Below are positions 9,190-18,704 of a stretch of 64,000 bases of DNA, piece after piece. Made by a program: the position numbers and the translations under genes. The stretch is taken from contig CAYVFE010000001.1 in the NCBI GenBank assembly GCA_964450885.1, positions 1,278 through 65,277 of the forward strand, given 5' to 3'. The DNA comes from an uncultured Gammaproteobacteria bacterium. GTDB lineage: Bacteria > Patescibacteriota > Microgenomatia > Levybacterales > GWA1-39-11. Under the pieces are notes generated by a model. It was not told the origin of the DNA, made no database searches, and saw nothing but the letters and a program-made list of their open reading frames with translations. The first letter of the stretch is position 1, and each line of letters starts with the position of its first letter.

Positions 9190-10161
9190 CTATTTCGCCA
9201 TCTTGCCGGTCTTTTTGTCATAAAGACCTCCGGCAACCGTAAGTTCTGCTCGCAGCATTGGATATGGATCATATCCTTCCAGCTCTACGAATTCAGGGCG
9301 GAAATCGTCTATTGTCTTAAATTTTTTAGTAAATTTTATCGTAGGGAATTTTTTTGGTTTGCGCTTCAGTTGCTCTTTTACCTGCGGGATATGATTTTCG
9401 TAGATATGAACATCTCCAAATGTATGAATGAATTCTCCGGGTTCAAGTCCAGCGATTTTTGCAAGCACCATGGTAAGTAGCGCATAACTTGCTATATTAA
9501 ATGGAACTCCCAAGAATATATCTGCACTTCGCTGATAAAGCTGCAAAGAAAGCTTATTGCCGCGACGTGATATCTGATACATATTGTGGCAAATCGGATA
9601 ACGCGATGCGTCTTCATTTGTCGCCATCGTATAAAGGTACTCGGGATTCCAGGAGTTGACTATCAGATTCTTTGCATCGGGGTCATCCTTCATCTCCTGC
9701 ATGACCCACTTGAGCTGATCTATGGTTCTGCCTTTTTTTCTGGTCGGCCATTTTCTCCATTGTTCACCATAGATCCGTGGAAGCTCTCCCCATTTTTTCG
9801 CAAAGACTTTATCATTTTTTATCTTATCCGCAAATTCTTCTTTGGTTATAGCGCTCTTAGGATTTTTCCCCTGATAGATCTTGTATGGATAGTCATCCCA
9901 GATATGGACATTGTTGTCGACCATGTATTTTATGTTGGTCATACCCGACATAAACCAATAAAGCTCGTGCAGTACACCCTTCCAATAGACTTTTTTTGTG
10001 GTGAGTAATGGGAAACCCTTACTTAAATCGTAGCGTGTCTGACGCCCGAAAAGTGAATATAAGACAACATCCGTTCCTCGATCGACCTTACGTTCTCCAT
10101 GATCTAAAATCTCTTTAAGTAGATCTAGATACTGATACTCTGGATGCTTTTGTCTTGCCAT
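9190..10161 (-). CDS. thyA: Thymidylate synthase (ThyA type, with a ~50-aa small-domain insertion as in L. casei-type TS)
   Basis: 'PLLTTKK', 'WNP', catalytic 'PICHNMYQ', 'QRSADIFLGVPFNIASYALL' blocks; 323 aa. Confidence 0.85.
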   Translation of the reverse strand: MARQKHPEYQYLDLLKEILDHGERKVDRGTDVVLYSLFGRQTRYDLSKGFPLLTTKKVYWKGVLHELYWFMSGMTNIKYMVDNNVHIWDDYPYKIYQGKNPKSAITKEEFADKIKNDKVFAKKWGELPRIYGEQWRKWPTRKKGRTIDQLKWVMQEMKDDPDAKNLIVNSWNPEYLYTMATNEDASRYPICHNMYQISRRGNKLSLQLYQRSADIFLGVPFNIASYALLTMVLAKIAGLEPGEFIHTFGDVHIYENHIPQVKEQLKRKPKKFPTIKFTKKFKTIDDFRPEFVELEGYDPYPMLRAELTVAGGLYDKKTGKMAK

Positions 10162-10201
10162 AATTTTTCTAAACTATAAACTTAAAATTAGCGGCTGTCA
10201 A

Positions 10202-10744
10202 TCAGACTTGTTTTTCTTTTTTCGTTGCGGCGACACGTCCTCCTTGCCACTGACCTCTATACATACTCCCTCCCCCGTCTACCCAGAAAAACTGTATATG
10301 AACAATCCTCGCTCCCATCTCGATAGTAACTGGAAGCGGGCCTTCATTTTTTATCGCAAAAGATAGCGGCCCTTTGTATCCTGGCGCTACATTTCCAGTA
10401 CGAAGAAACAGTCCTGACCGGAATGTTGTAGTCCTTGGTTTGAAATTGGCAGTTATATCTTTAGGTAAATTTACGGATTCGATAGTGGTTACTAAATAAA
10501 ATTCATTCGGAAAAATCGTTATTGCATTTTTCTTTGTCTTTGAGTACCTAAGAACTGTCTCGATCTCAGGAGTTTGACGCTCCTCCTCTCCTAAAAACGC
10601 TGTCCCACCAGATATCTTGTGGACTTCTCCTATCCGCAAATCAAAGCCTGCGCCCTCGGGATTTGTCAGCTCACGCTCAGAAAGCTTGCTGACCAGTTTT
10701 TGCTTTTTAACAAGCTCGAGTAATTTTTGGGGACCTATTATCAT
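10202..10744 (-). CDS. dcd: dCTP deaminase / dUTPase superfamily protein (Dcd-like)
   Basis: 'GAGFDLR' and 'RSGLFLRTGNVAPGYKG' resemble Dcd 'SSLARLG...DPGYxG' blocks. 180 aa. The 4-nt stop/start overlap with tmk suggests an operon. Confidence 0.6.
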   Translation of the reverse strand: MIIGPQKLLELVKKQKLVSKLSERELTNPEGAGFDLRIGEVHKISGGTAFLGEEERQTPEIETVLRYSKTKKNAITIFPNEFYLVTTIESVNLPKDITANFKPRTTTFRSGLFLRTGNVAPGYKGPLSFAIKNEGPLPVTIEMGARIVHIQFFWVDGGGSMYRGQWQGGRVAATKKEKQV

Positions 10745-11409
10745 AATTTATCGATTAAAGATACTATATCTTGCGTTACTTTTTCAATAGGCTTACTGGC
10801 ATCGATCTTCACGAATTCATCAGGAAATCTTTCCAGAAGATATTCGTAGCCTTCTTTAATTTTTGGCAAAGTGTCTTTTTTCTTATAGTGTTCTTTCGGT
10901 TTTCCTGTCTGATTTACCCTCCTCATTCCCAGTTCCGGATCAATATCCAGATAGACACTCAGATCAGGAAGTAAGAATCTATTGTAATAAGAAAGGATCG
11001 AGTACGCAGTCAGATAAAAATCGTCAACCTTTTCCATGTCTACCATCCCATAAGCAACAGATGACCAAAAATACCTATCGGAAATTACATACTCCCCTCT
11101 CTTAAGCCTCTCTATTATGTCAACCTGCGTCGCTGCCCTATCTGCGGTATATAGGTATTGAAGAGATGTGGCTGGCAATTTTACCTTACCATGCAAAACA
11201 TCATAGATGAATCTTCCGATTGGACCCTTACTGGGATCTTTGGTAGAGAAGACTTTTATTCCCCTGCTCTCAAGTTGCTTTTGGATAAGTGGGATCTGAG
11301 TTGTTTTTCCGCTTCCGTCCAGTCCCTCGATGACTATAAATTTTCCTTTGTAAGGGTTTTTCTTGAATTCTATATCAAATTTTACGGAGTGGCGCATCAG
11401 TGGCATCAT
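10741..11409 (-). CDS. tmk: Thymidylate kinase
   Basis: P-loop 'IVIEGLDGSGKTTQ'; 'DRY' block ('ISDRYFWSS'). Start trimmed (the ORF extends to 11466). Confidence 0.85.
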   Translation of the reverse strand: MMPLMRHSVKFDIEFKKNPYKGKFIVIEGLDGSGKTTQIPLIQKQLESRGIKVFSTKDPSKGPIGRFIYDVLHGKVKLPATSLQYLYTADRAATQVDIIERLKRGEYVISDRYFWSSVAYGMVDMEKVDDFYLTAYSILSYYNRFLLPDLSVYLDIDPELGMRRVNQTGKPKEHYKKKDTLPKIKEGYEYLLERFPDEFVKIDASKPIEKVTQDIVSLIDKL

Positions 11410-11457
11410 CGTAGCATACATAAATAAACTCTTCAATAATGTTTTATAATAAGTAAA

Positions 11458-11733
11458 GTGAAGCAACTGTCATCTATCCTAAAAGATTTCAATCCGACCA
11501 AAGACAAATACATAAGCCGGGAATTCCAGAAATATGGTGTTTTTCTATCCGAAGAGCTAAATGACTACAAGCATAAAGCGCTTTACATAAAGCTTGCCAA
11601 AACGACCAACCGCGCACTACTTGAAAAAGCTTATTCGTACGTGAAGGACGCAAAAGTTGACCGTCCTGGAGCACTATTCATGTGGAAGTTAAAACAGCTC
11701 AGAGATGAAGCGAAAAAGAATGAAAAAAAATAA
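11458..11733 (+). CDS. Hypothetical basic protein
   Basis: 91-aa ORF in the divergent gap. No recognisable motif. Confidence 0.35.
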   Translation: MKQLSSILKDFNPTKDKYISREFQKYGVFLSEELNDYKHKALYIKLAKTTNRALLEKAYSYVKDAKVDRPGALFMWKLKQLRDEAKKNEKK

Positions 11734-12286
11734 GAGAATCACAGATTTTTTGTCTACAAAAACGGCGTCGAGCAAAATCATTCTTATCCTTTTGTTTGCC
11801 ATCTCGACAATCCTGCTTTTTCTACCTCTATTTTTTGAGCTGGATTTCAAAGCACTTCTGGCATTCGGGCTTATAGGTCTTTTCCTCTTAAATTTTCTGG
11901 GGAGTGCAACACTCTTTCTTCCAGCGCCTGCTATTGTCTCTGTTGCGATTGCTGGAGCATCATTTAATCCATTCGTTGTAGCTCTAGTTGCAGGAATTGC
12001 GTCAGCTCTGGGAGAAGGTGTCGCATATCTCTTTGGCTATTCTTCTACAGAAGTATTGAATCTAAAAAGACATAAATTAATCTTTAAGATCTCAAACACC
12101 ATAATGAACTGGAAAGGCGGAATGCTGATTCCTCTTTTTGCATTCTTCCCGAATCCCCTATTCGACGGATTGGGGATACTTGCAGGAATGTCCAAATACC
12201 CCATAAAAAGATTCATTCTTCTCACATTCATCGGTCGAACCATAAGAAATATTGGCGTCGCCTACCTAGGACTTTTTATATGGTAA
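11705..12286 (+). CDS. DedA/TVP38-like membrane protein (tentative)
   Basis: Polytopic. 'LFLPAPAIV...G' and a C-terminal 'G...YLG' arrangement reminiscent of the DedA family. Confidence 0.4.
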   Translation: MKRKRMKKNKRITDFLSTKTASSKIILILLFAISTILLFLPLFFELDFKALLAFGLIGLFLLNFLGSATLFLPAPAIVSVAIAGASFNPFVVALVAGIASALGEGVAYLFGYSSTEVLNLKRHKLIFKISNTIMNWKGGMLIPLFAFFPNPLFDGLGILAGMSKYPIKRFILLTFIGRTIRNIGVAYLGLFIW

Positions 12287-12588
12287 TCTCACAAGTAAGT
12301 GAAAAAGTATACAAAATAGTAAAAGAAATTCCTTCAGGGAAAGTGACTACCTATGGTGCAATCGGGAAAAAACTTTCTATATCACCTAGGATCGTTGGCT
12401 ATGCTCTTCACATGAATCCTTATGAGGGGGAAGTTCCCTGTCACAGAGTCGTCAACCGCAATGGACGGGTCGCACCGAATTTTGCCTTTGGAGGGAAAGA
12501 CGCACAAAAAAAACTCCTCGATAAAGAGGGAGTAAAATTTCGCGATGAAACTCACGTAGTAAAGGATCAAATAGTAACTGTCTTATGA
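12280..12588 (+). CDS. MGMT-family protein (methylated-DNA-protein-cysteine methyltransferase DNA-binding domain; short COG3695-like form)
   Basis: 'VPCHRVVNRNG' contains the PCHRV active-site signature. 102 aa, i.e. only the C-terminal domain. Confidence 0.7.
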   Translation: MVISQVSEKVYKIVKEIPSGKVTTYGAIGKKLSISPRIVGYALHMNPYEGEVPCHRVVNRNGRVAPNFAFGGKDAQKKLLDKEGVKFRDETHVVKDQIVTVL

Positions 12589-14252
12589 AAAAACTTATCT
12601 TTGCGATAATTGCTTTACTCTTTATAGCACCGGTCTCATTTGCGCAAAGTTATGAGCATATAGAAAACTTTGGTACCTACGTAAGCGTAAATGCAGATGG
12701 AACGATAGATGTCAGAGAAACCATTCTTTATGACTTCGGGCAACAGGAGCGTCATGGAATCTTCAGGAATATCCCCTTCACAAAACGCGGCGAGAATAAC
12801 GATAGATTTGATCTTAAGTTTGAGAATTTTAAGGTAAATGACGAAAAAGGAAAAGCATATGAATTCGATAAATCAACGGAAAATGAGCAAATCGTGCTTA
12901 AGATCGGTGATCCCGACGAGACGATCACAGGCACGCACACGTATGTTATTTCTTATAAGGTCAGTGGTGCGATAGGATACTTCAATGACCATGATGAATT
13001 CTACTGGAACACGACAGGAAATGGCTGGGAAGTTCCTATCTCATCTGCAACAGCGTCTATAGATATCCACACACTAATAGAAAGAGATGATCTGCAGCTT
13101 GCCTGCTATACAGGAAAATACGGATCAGACGAAAAAAATTGCGAGATGACTACATTTGAGGGAATCTATACGATGACAACTATCTCCCCTCTAGCGCCTT
13201 ACGAAGGATTTACCGCAATCGTTGGTTTTCCTAAAGGAATAGTCGAATATCTTCCAGCGGAAAAGTACGTCTCATTTTGGGAAAAGCCCATCGGTAAGAT
13301 TGCCATTGCAGGAATTATTCTGACTGCAATCTTCTGGTATCTTCTTCTTCCCGTCATACTACTTTTTAGGTACTTTAAGCACGGTAGAGATCCATATGTG
13401 GGACCAAACGTTACATCCTGGTATGATCCCCCTGAGACCGTAGGTGGACGCAAACTAACTCCAGCCGAGACGGGAGGGTTGATTGATGAAAATGTAGACA
13501 CCCGCGATATTTTTGCAACGATAATAGACCTTGCCCGTCGTGGATACATAAAAATCAAAGAGCAAGATAAGAAAAATTTCTCGCTGATCCATGCAAATAA
13601 GCCCTCTAGTAAAGATACACTCGCACCCTACGAGGAAAAACTTATTGATGGAATTTTCAAAGAAAAAAAGGAGATAAAGCTCAAAGACGTAAAACTTTAT
13701 AAAACTGTACAGGAAGTTGAGAAGATGATATATGAAGGACTCGTCAGTGATGGATTTTTCCCCCAAAATCCCAAAAGCATAAGGACAAAATATTATGCTC
13801 TGGGAACTGTAGCACTTCCCACATTTAACCTCGTTCTTGCATCGATCGCATTTTTCATAGGACGCATCATGCCTAGAAAAACTCTCTATGGTGCGCAGCA
13901 GGCAAACGTCGCAAAGGGAATCAAAAGCTTTATAAATTCTCAGGAAAGACAGATGAATTTTCAGGGTGACAAGCAGATGTTTTTCGAAAAACTTTTGCCT
14001 TTTGCCGTCGCTTTCGGCGTCGAGAAGAACTGGGCAAAAAGGTTTGAGAAATTTGATCTTAAAAATCCTGACTGGTATCAAAGCACAACATCTTCGCATT
14101 TTAACGCAGCGCTTCTCGCATCAAGCCTGGGCAGCTCATATTCGAATTTCAAAAGCGCTTCTACTCCTCCATCGTCCTCATCTTCCGGATTCTCATCTGG
14201 CGGAGGCTTTTCTGGTGGTGGTGGTGGCGGTGGTGGTGGCGGTAGCTGGTAG
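12585..14252 (+). CDS. DUF2207-like predicted membrane protein with signal peptide and C-terminal Gly-rich tail
   Basis: Signal peptide 'MKKLIFAIIALLFIAPVSFAQ'. Extracytoplasmic N-domain, internal TM pairs, and a 'SSGFSSGGGFSGGGGGGGGGGSW' tail characteristic of DUF2207 proteins. Confidence 0.6.
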   Translation: MKKLIFAIIALLFIAPVSFAQSYEHIENFGTYVSVNADGTIDVRETILYDFGQQERHGIFRNIPFTKRGENNDRFDLKFENFKVNDEKGKAYEFDKSTENEQIVLKIGDPDETITGTHTYVISYKVSGAIGYFNDHDEFYWNTTGNGWEVPISSATASIDIHTLIERDDLQLACYTGKYGSDEKNCEMTTFEGIYTMTTISPLAPYEGFTAIVGFPKGIVEYLPAEKYVSFWEKPIGKIAIAGIILTAIFWYLLLPVILLFRYFKHGRDPYVGPNVTSWYDPPETVGGRKLTPAETGGLIDENVDTRDIFATIIDLARRGYIKIKEQDKKNFSLIHANKPSSKDTLAPYEEKLIDGIFKEKKEIKLKDVKLYKTVQEVEKMIYEGLVSDGFFPQNPKSIRTKYYALGTVALPTFNLVLASIAFFIGRIMPRKTLYGAQQANVAKGIKSFINSQERQMNFQGDKQMFFEKLLPFAVAFGVEKNWAKRFEKFDLKNPDWYQSTTSSHFNAALLASSLGSSYSNFKSASTPPSSSSSGFSSGGGFSGGGGGGGGGGSW

Positions 14253-14282
14253 AATTTGCAATAAATTTAATTTCGTGTATAT

Positions 14283-14594
14283 TTGAATACGATGAGCGAA
14301 AGAGACATATACTACCCACCAACCGGAAAGAAAAGAGAAGCAATAAAACAAGAAATAGTTAATGCAATTCATTCAAATCCCAACCAGGACCCTTCAAAAA
14401 CTATAGCAGAGGGGAAATCAGAACCTCAGAGTACATACGACCATCTGGATATCGTTATACCTTTGATACAGATGGCTAGAGAAAGAGAAATAACATATGA
14501 TCTTAAATCTGGCTGGAGTACAGAGCTTACACCTGACGTAGACGCAATTATTTCAAATGGAAATGGTACTGAGCCTACTTCTCCTGAAGCTTAA
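14283..14594 (+). CDS. Hypothetical protein
   Basis: 103-aa ORF. No motif recognised. Confidence 0.3.
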   Translation: MNTMSERDIYYPPTGKKREAIKQEIVNAIHSNPNQDPSKTIAEGKSEPQSTYDHLDIVIPLIQMAREREITYDLKSGWSTELTPDVDAIISNGNGTEPTSPEA

Positions 14595-14827
14595 CTATCT
14601 AATCCGTCATCTGGTAAAACTGACTCTACCCGTCCCGCCTGCAGCTCCTTTGCGATAGTAAAAAGTCCATCATCCGTAAGCTCTGGGTTGTCAAATTGCG
14701 CATCAAAATCGGCTTCTGAGATTCTCCTTTCGGAAACCGCCTGCGACCAGAATTCTTTCGCTACATCAAAACGCTCTTCTATCGAAAGTGGCTTTGGAGA
14801 AAATGTATACTCGGGTCCTTTACTCAT
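14591..14827 (-). CDS. Hypothetical small acidic protein (last gene of the ligase operon)
   Basis: Start overlaps the ligase stop at 14827. 78 aa. Confidence 0.4.
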   Translation of the reverse strand: MSKGPEYTFSPKPLSIEERFDVAKEFWSQAVSERRISEADFDAQFDNPELTDDGLFTIAKELQAGRVESVLPDDGLDS

Positions 14828-16587
14828 TATTTCTTTTGTAATTTAAACATTTTCGTGACCTCCGTTAACGTAGTAGCGTCACTGCTCTTCTTGTCGTCGC
14901 GGAATCGCTCGAGCCGCGGAAAACGCAGTGCATAACCCGGAACATCTACGCTAAATGCACTCCCCGATTTGGATGCTTTCATAATTCTACCCGCTGTATG
15001 AATCGGTGAACGCGTTATCTCATCAGCTCTCACCTCAACTACTATCTCAGGCTCTATCCAAACATCAGGAAAAAGATTTTTATCGACCTCATAAAGTGGG
15101 GGTTTCTCCGATGCTTTTAGCTTTTCGCCCCTTTTGGCAAGTTCTCGCCATTCGTCGTCGGTTAGCCCCGTTCCGATTTTTGCGATACTCATGAATTTAT
15201 CGTGCTTTTCATCATAAATTCCTATGAGAAAAGCACCTATCCCAAATGCTGTCCTTTTTCCTTTCCCATAAAAATACCCCAACACTACACAATCGATTGT
15301 GTCATCGAGTGCGGATTTCGAATACGAGCGCTTCAACTTGATCCAATTCCAACCTCGTGCCCCTGCCTGATACGTCCCGTCAAGCCTCTTTGCAACTATC
15401 CCCTCGAGTCCCTCCGCCATATAGACGTCAAATAACTCCTCGACTTTTTTCGGGTCAGAAATGGTCTTTTCTTCCGACAGGACTATCGTATCGGAGCCAT
15501 TTTTTATGATTTTTTTCAAAGCCTCGCGGCGCTTTTCGTATGGCTCGTCTATATAATTTTTTCCGTCCAGATATAAAAGTTCAAAAACGAGCATCTTGAG
15601 AGGCAATTCTTTAGCTTTTTCCTCAATGCCGTATTTTCTTTTACGCTGGGTCGTAAGCTGAAAAGGCAAGAAGCTTTCTGTTTTTGTGTCATATGCTATA
15701 GCTTCTCCCTCAAGAATCACATTCTTTGCGCTAAGCTCTTTTTTTATACCTTCAACTACATCGGGGTACATAAATGTAGAGTCCTCCAGACTACGGGTAA
15801 CAAGCTTTACGGTCTTTCCATCAAAATGCGCCTGCAAACGAAATCCATCATACTTGGGCTCTACTGCGCATTCTCCGATCTTCTCTATTATCTCCTCTCC
15901 AGAAGAAAGCCTTTCTGCTCTTGCCATAAGGATCGGAGTGAACACCTGAGGCTTTACGTCATCAAGGCCCTTTATCCCTTTTTTCTTGAGAGTTTTTGAT
16001 ATATAACCGAGATCAGGTCTGATATTGTATTTTGCTTCGATATCTTTTCGCAAAGACTTGTCGCCAGCAATCATCCACGAAAGACTGTCTATTACTGTCA
16101 TGTCAGAAAACCCCAGCCTGAGCTTATTTACAGGAATACGCGAGACAAATCTTGCTGACAGACCGTCCAAAGACTGCAGGAGGTTAGACAATATCGTCAT
16201 CTTCTTCTCAACCGATCCTGCACCGAGAGCATCTGTAACTTCTTGAAGCGATTCAAATACTTGTCCGACTGTCACTTTTGAGTCTTTCTTCACGGACAAA
16301 TTCTGCGCAAGTTCCCCCAAATCCCCAACTTTCTTGTAGTCTTTCAAAATCTCCTTTCCGTCTTTTCCATACGCCTGAGCTATCGCTTTTACCATCGACT
16401 TTTCTGCTATATTGAACTCGATATGCTCATAAAGAGGCGCTACTCTTCCTTGGAGAAGATAAATGACCTTGTCGATTTCATCACCGGAAACTTTTTTAAA
16501 AAGCTCAGCAAGAATTACGACCATCTCGTTGCGGGAAGTGATCTTTTCTAACTTTTGAAGATATTCTGATAAATCTTTAAATGTCAT
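14827..16587 (-). CDS. lig: ATP-dependent DNA ligase (archaeal/eukaryal-type, with N-terminal DNA-binding domain)
   Basis: Motif I 'EPKYDGFRLQAH' (KxDG, adenylated Lys); motif 'EGIVAK'. Length 586 aa. Confidence 0.85.
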   Translation of the reverse strand: MTFKDLSEYLQKLEKITSRNEMVVILAELFKKVSGDEIDKVIYLLQGRVAPLYEHIEFNIAEKSMVKAIAQAYGKDGKEILKDYKKVGDLGELAQNLSVKKDSKVTVGQVFESLQEVTDALGAGSVEKKMTILSNLLQSLDGLSARFVSRIPVNKLRLGFSDMTVIDSLSWMIAGDKSLRKDIEAKYNIRPDLGYISKTLKKKGIKGLDDVKPQVFTPILMARAERLSSGEEIIEKIGECAVEPKYDGFRLQAHFDGKTVKLVTRSLEDSTFMYPDVVEGIKKELSAKNVILEGEAIAYDTKTESFLPFQLTTQRKRKYGIEEKAKELPLKMLVFELLYLDGKNYIDEPYEKRREALKKIIKNGSDTIVLSEEKTISDPKKVEELFDVYMAEGLEGIVAKRLDGTYQAGARGWNWIKLKRSYSKSALDDTIDCVVLGYFYGKGKRTAFGIGAFLIGIYDEKHDKFMSIAKIGTGLTDDEWRELAKRGEKLKASEKPPLYEVDKNLFPDVWIEPEIVVEVRADEITRSPIHTAGRIMKASKSGSAFSVDVPGYALRFPRLERFRDDKKSSDATTLTEVTKMFKLQKK

Positions 16588-16588
16588 A

Positions 16589-17095
16589 TTACTTAAAGCC
16601 GCATACGATTTCGCCTCCTGCAGCCTGTGGATCTTTTAAAATCCCTTTGTATCCTTCGTCTAGCGCCAAACCCTGTACATAGTCATCTATTTGCTCTATT
16701 TCTTGCCCATCTTTAGTCAGAATTACTCTTATCTCATCAATCTCGCCTTTCTCATTCATCTCCGAAAGTTTAATCCCCGCCTTAACACCCTGACTGTCCC
16801 ACTCCAAAAATCTGCTCGCACCAAATAGCGTCAAAAACATTCCCGTCAACACCTTGCGCTCCTGTCTGATCTTTGCAACCTGCTCGAGATCCCTTTCTCC
16901 AGTCAGCAAGTTTATGGGAGTTTTTAGGGCATGCGGGTCTTTTTTGTAGATATCAAGCAGATTGTCTTGGCTAACGAGTTCTTCTTCTCCCTCTACAGGC
17001 ACTACCCTGGAGCTTGCCATTATCCAGTTCTCCAGCGCGGTAGCATCGCCGTCATTAAATGGTAATTTTTCGCGGTATTCTTGTCCTTCTTCCAT
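16589..17095 (-). CDS. Hypothetical acidic protein (operon member)
   Basis: 168 aa. 2-nt gap to the ligase start. No motif recognised. Confidence 0.45.
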   Translation of the reverse strand: MEEGQEYREKLPFNDGDATALENWIMASSRVVPVEGEEELVSQDNLLDIYKKDPHALKTPINLLTGERDLEQVAKIRQERKVLTGMFLTLFGASRFLEWDSQGVKAGIKLSEMNEKGEIDEIRVILTKDGQEIEQIDDYVQGLALDEGYKGILKDPQAAGGEIVCGFK

Positions 17096-17099
17096 AACC

Positions 17100-17633
17100 T
17101 CAAATCATCCTAAGCATCAAACCAAAATCTGTATTCTCGAGTGCAAACATCGATTTATTGTCTTCGTGTATATTGATCTTATCCCTGTTCTGGTCAAGTA
17201 ACTCATGAAGCAGCCCATCATCTACTATTTCGTCTTCCAAAGTCAACGGTATTACAATAACTTCCCACTCTGTAGGCGCAACTCCCAAATTCGGGTCTAC
17301 TGGAGAGGTTTTTAGAGCAACTTCAAGCCCCTCGTCTGCTAAAGCTTTTTCTCCTTCATAATCAAAAAAGGGTAAAAATCCTCTGATATATCCCTTGCTG
17401 CGCTCGTCGTTTACGGCAATTACATCTTCTTCTCCACTAAGCAAACTCTTAGGTTTTTTATGATCGGTCTCAGGCTGGCTTTTCTTCAATTCGCCAGTAT
17501 TTACCATTTCTCCCCCGATTCTTGTAGATCCGCCAATAAAAAAACACTCTTCGATTGCACTTAAATGACGGTTTCCTATCCGTGGAAATCTATCTCTTGT
17601 CGATCTATAAGAAGTTGGTGTCTCATGCATCAT
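17100..17633 (-). CDS. Hypothetical protein (operon member)
   Basis: 177 aa. Start overlaps the Fic stop (17630-17633). Confidence 0.45.
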   Translation of the reverse strand: MMHETPTSYRSTRDRFPRIGNRHLSAIEECFFIGGSTRIGGEMVNTGELKKSQPETDHKKPKSLLSGEEDVIAVNDERSKGYIRGFLPFFDYEGEKALADEGLEVALKTSPVDPNLGVAPTEWEVIVIPLTLEDEIVDDGLLHELLDQNRDKINIHEDNKSMFALENTDFGLMLRMI

Positions 17634-18661
17634 GCCATTAAGTATTTTACGCCCTTGGTGCGGCCTCTCTTGACTATTATACCTTTTTTTACCAGGTCTT
17701 GAACTTCCCGAAGGACTGTATCCTCAGAAACATCCGGGAAAAGATTTGCAAATACCTTGTTCTCCAGATAGCCGATCTGCTGCATATACTCCACTATCTT
17801 GAGCTGACGATCGGTTAACATAACCGGACCGCCCAGCTTTTTCTTGAATGTAGAATCTATAGATATATGCTCTATCTTTTCTTTTATCTTGGTAAGTTCT
17901 ATAGCTAGACACCCTGTAAAATACTCTAGCCAAACCGTAAGGTCTCCATTTCTCTTATCAACGCTTTGAAGTGAATCGTAATAAGCCTCAGGATCACGAT
18001 CAAAATGCTCCTCGAGTGAGAAAAAGCGCCTCACGTCATACCCATCCTTAAAAAGAACCAGCATCGAAAGCGCGCGTCCAACCCTACCATTCCCATCTAA
18101 GAATGGATGAATACGGACGAATTCGTAATGGACGATTCCTGTCTTTAGAACTGGATGGATTTCTTTTTCTTTCTGGATAAAATGCGCAAGATCCTTCATC
18201 TGCCATTCGACCTCTATGCTATGTGGGGGCTTAAAAGATATTTCACCGGTTATACTATTTCTTATGACAACATCCTTTTCGCGATAATGGCCTGCATCTT
18301 GAGGCGCAAGAATTTTGTTGACGACTATCTTGTGCAGGTCATAAATCGTGTCTTCATCGATAGGCGCGTTGTGTTTTTGCTCTATGTAGCTGACGACATT
18401 CCTATAGTTGATTACTTCCTGAACATCACGCTCACGGGCAACTATAGCTTCTCCCTCCAGAACTCTTTGAACCTGATTTAAAGAAAGCTCATTTCCCTCG
18501 ATATGAGTTCCGTAATGCGTACTTCTTACTGCTGCTTCCTCCTGAAATTTTTTCTCCCAGTATGGCAAAAGCGGAGCATTTTCTATAACCTGTTTTGCAG
18601 CCTCGATAGCGCCGATATTCTGAAGAATTTTATTGGTTATCTGGAATGTTGGCGTATACAT
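17630..18661 (-). CDS. Fic-family protein (AMPylase fold) with C-terminal winged-helix
   Basis: Canonical 'HPFLDGNGRVGRAL' Fic motif. Internal inhibitory-helix-like 'THIEGN' points to class II. Confidence 0.85.
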   Translation of the reverse strand: MYTPTFQITNKILQNIGAIEAAKQVIENAPLLPYWEKKFQEEAAVRSTHYGTHIEGNELSLNQVQRVLEGEAIVARERDVQEVINYRNVVSYIEQKHNAPIDEDTIYDLHKIVVNKILAPQDAGHYREKDVVIRNSITGEISFKPPHSIEVEWQMKDLAHFIQKEKEIHPVLKTGIVHYEFVRIHPFLDGNGRVGRALSMLVLFKDGYDVRRFFSLEEHFDRDPEAYYDSLQSVDKRNGDLTVWLEYFTGCLAIELTKIKEKIEHISIDSTFKKKLGGPVMLTDRQLKIVEYMQQIGYLENKVFANLFPDVSEDTVLREVQDLVKKGIIVKRGRTKGVKYLMA

Positions 18662-18704
18662 ATCGGTAATACTGCGTTAATTATGCGGTATTAAGTCGGT
18701 AATG

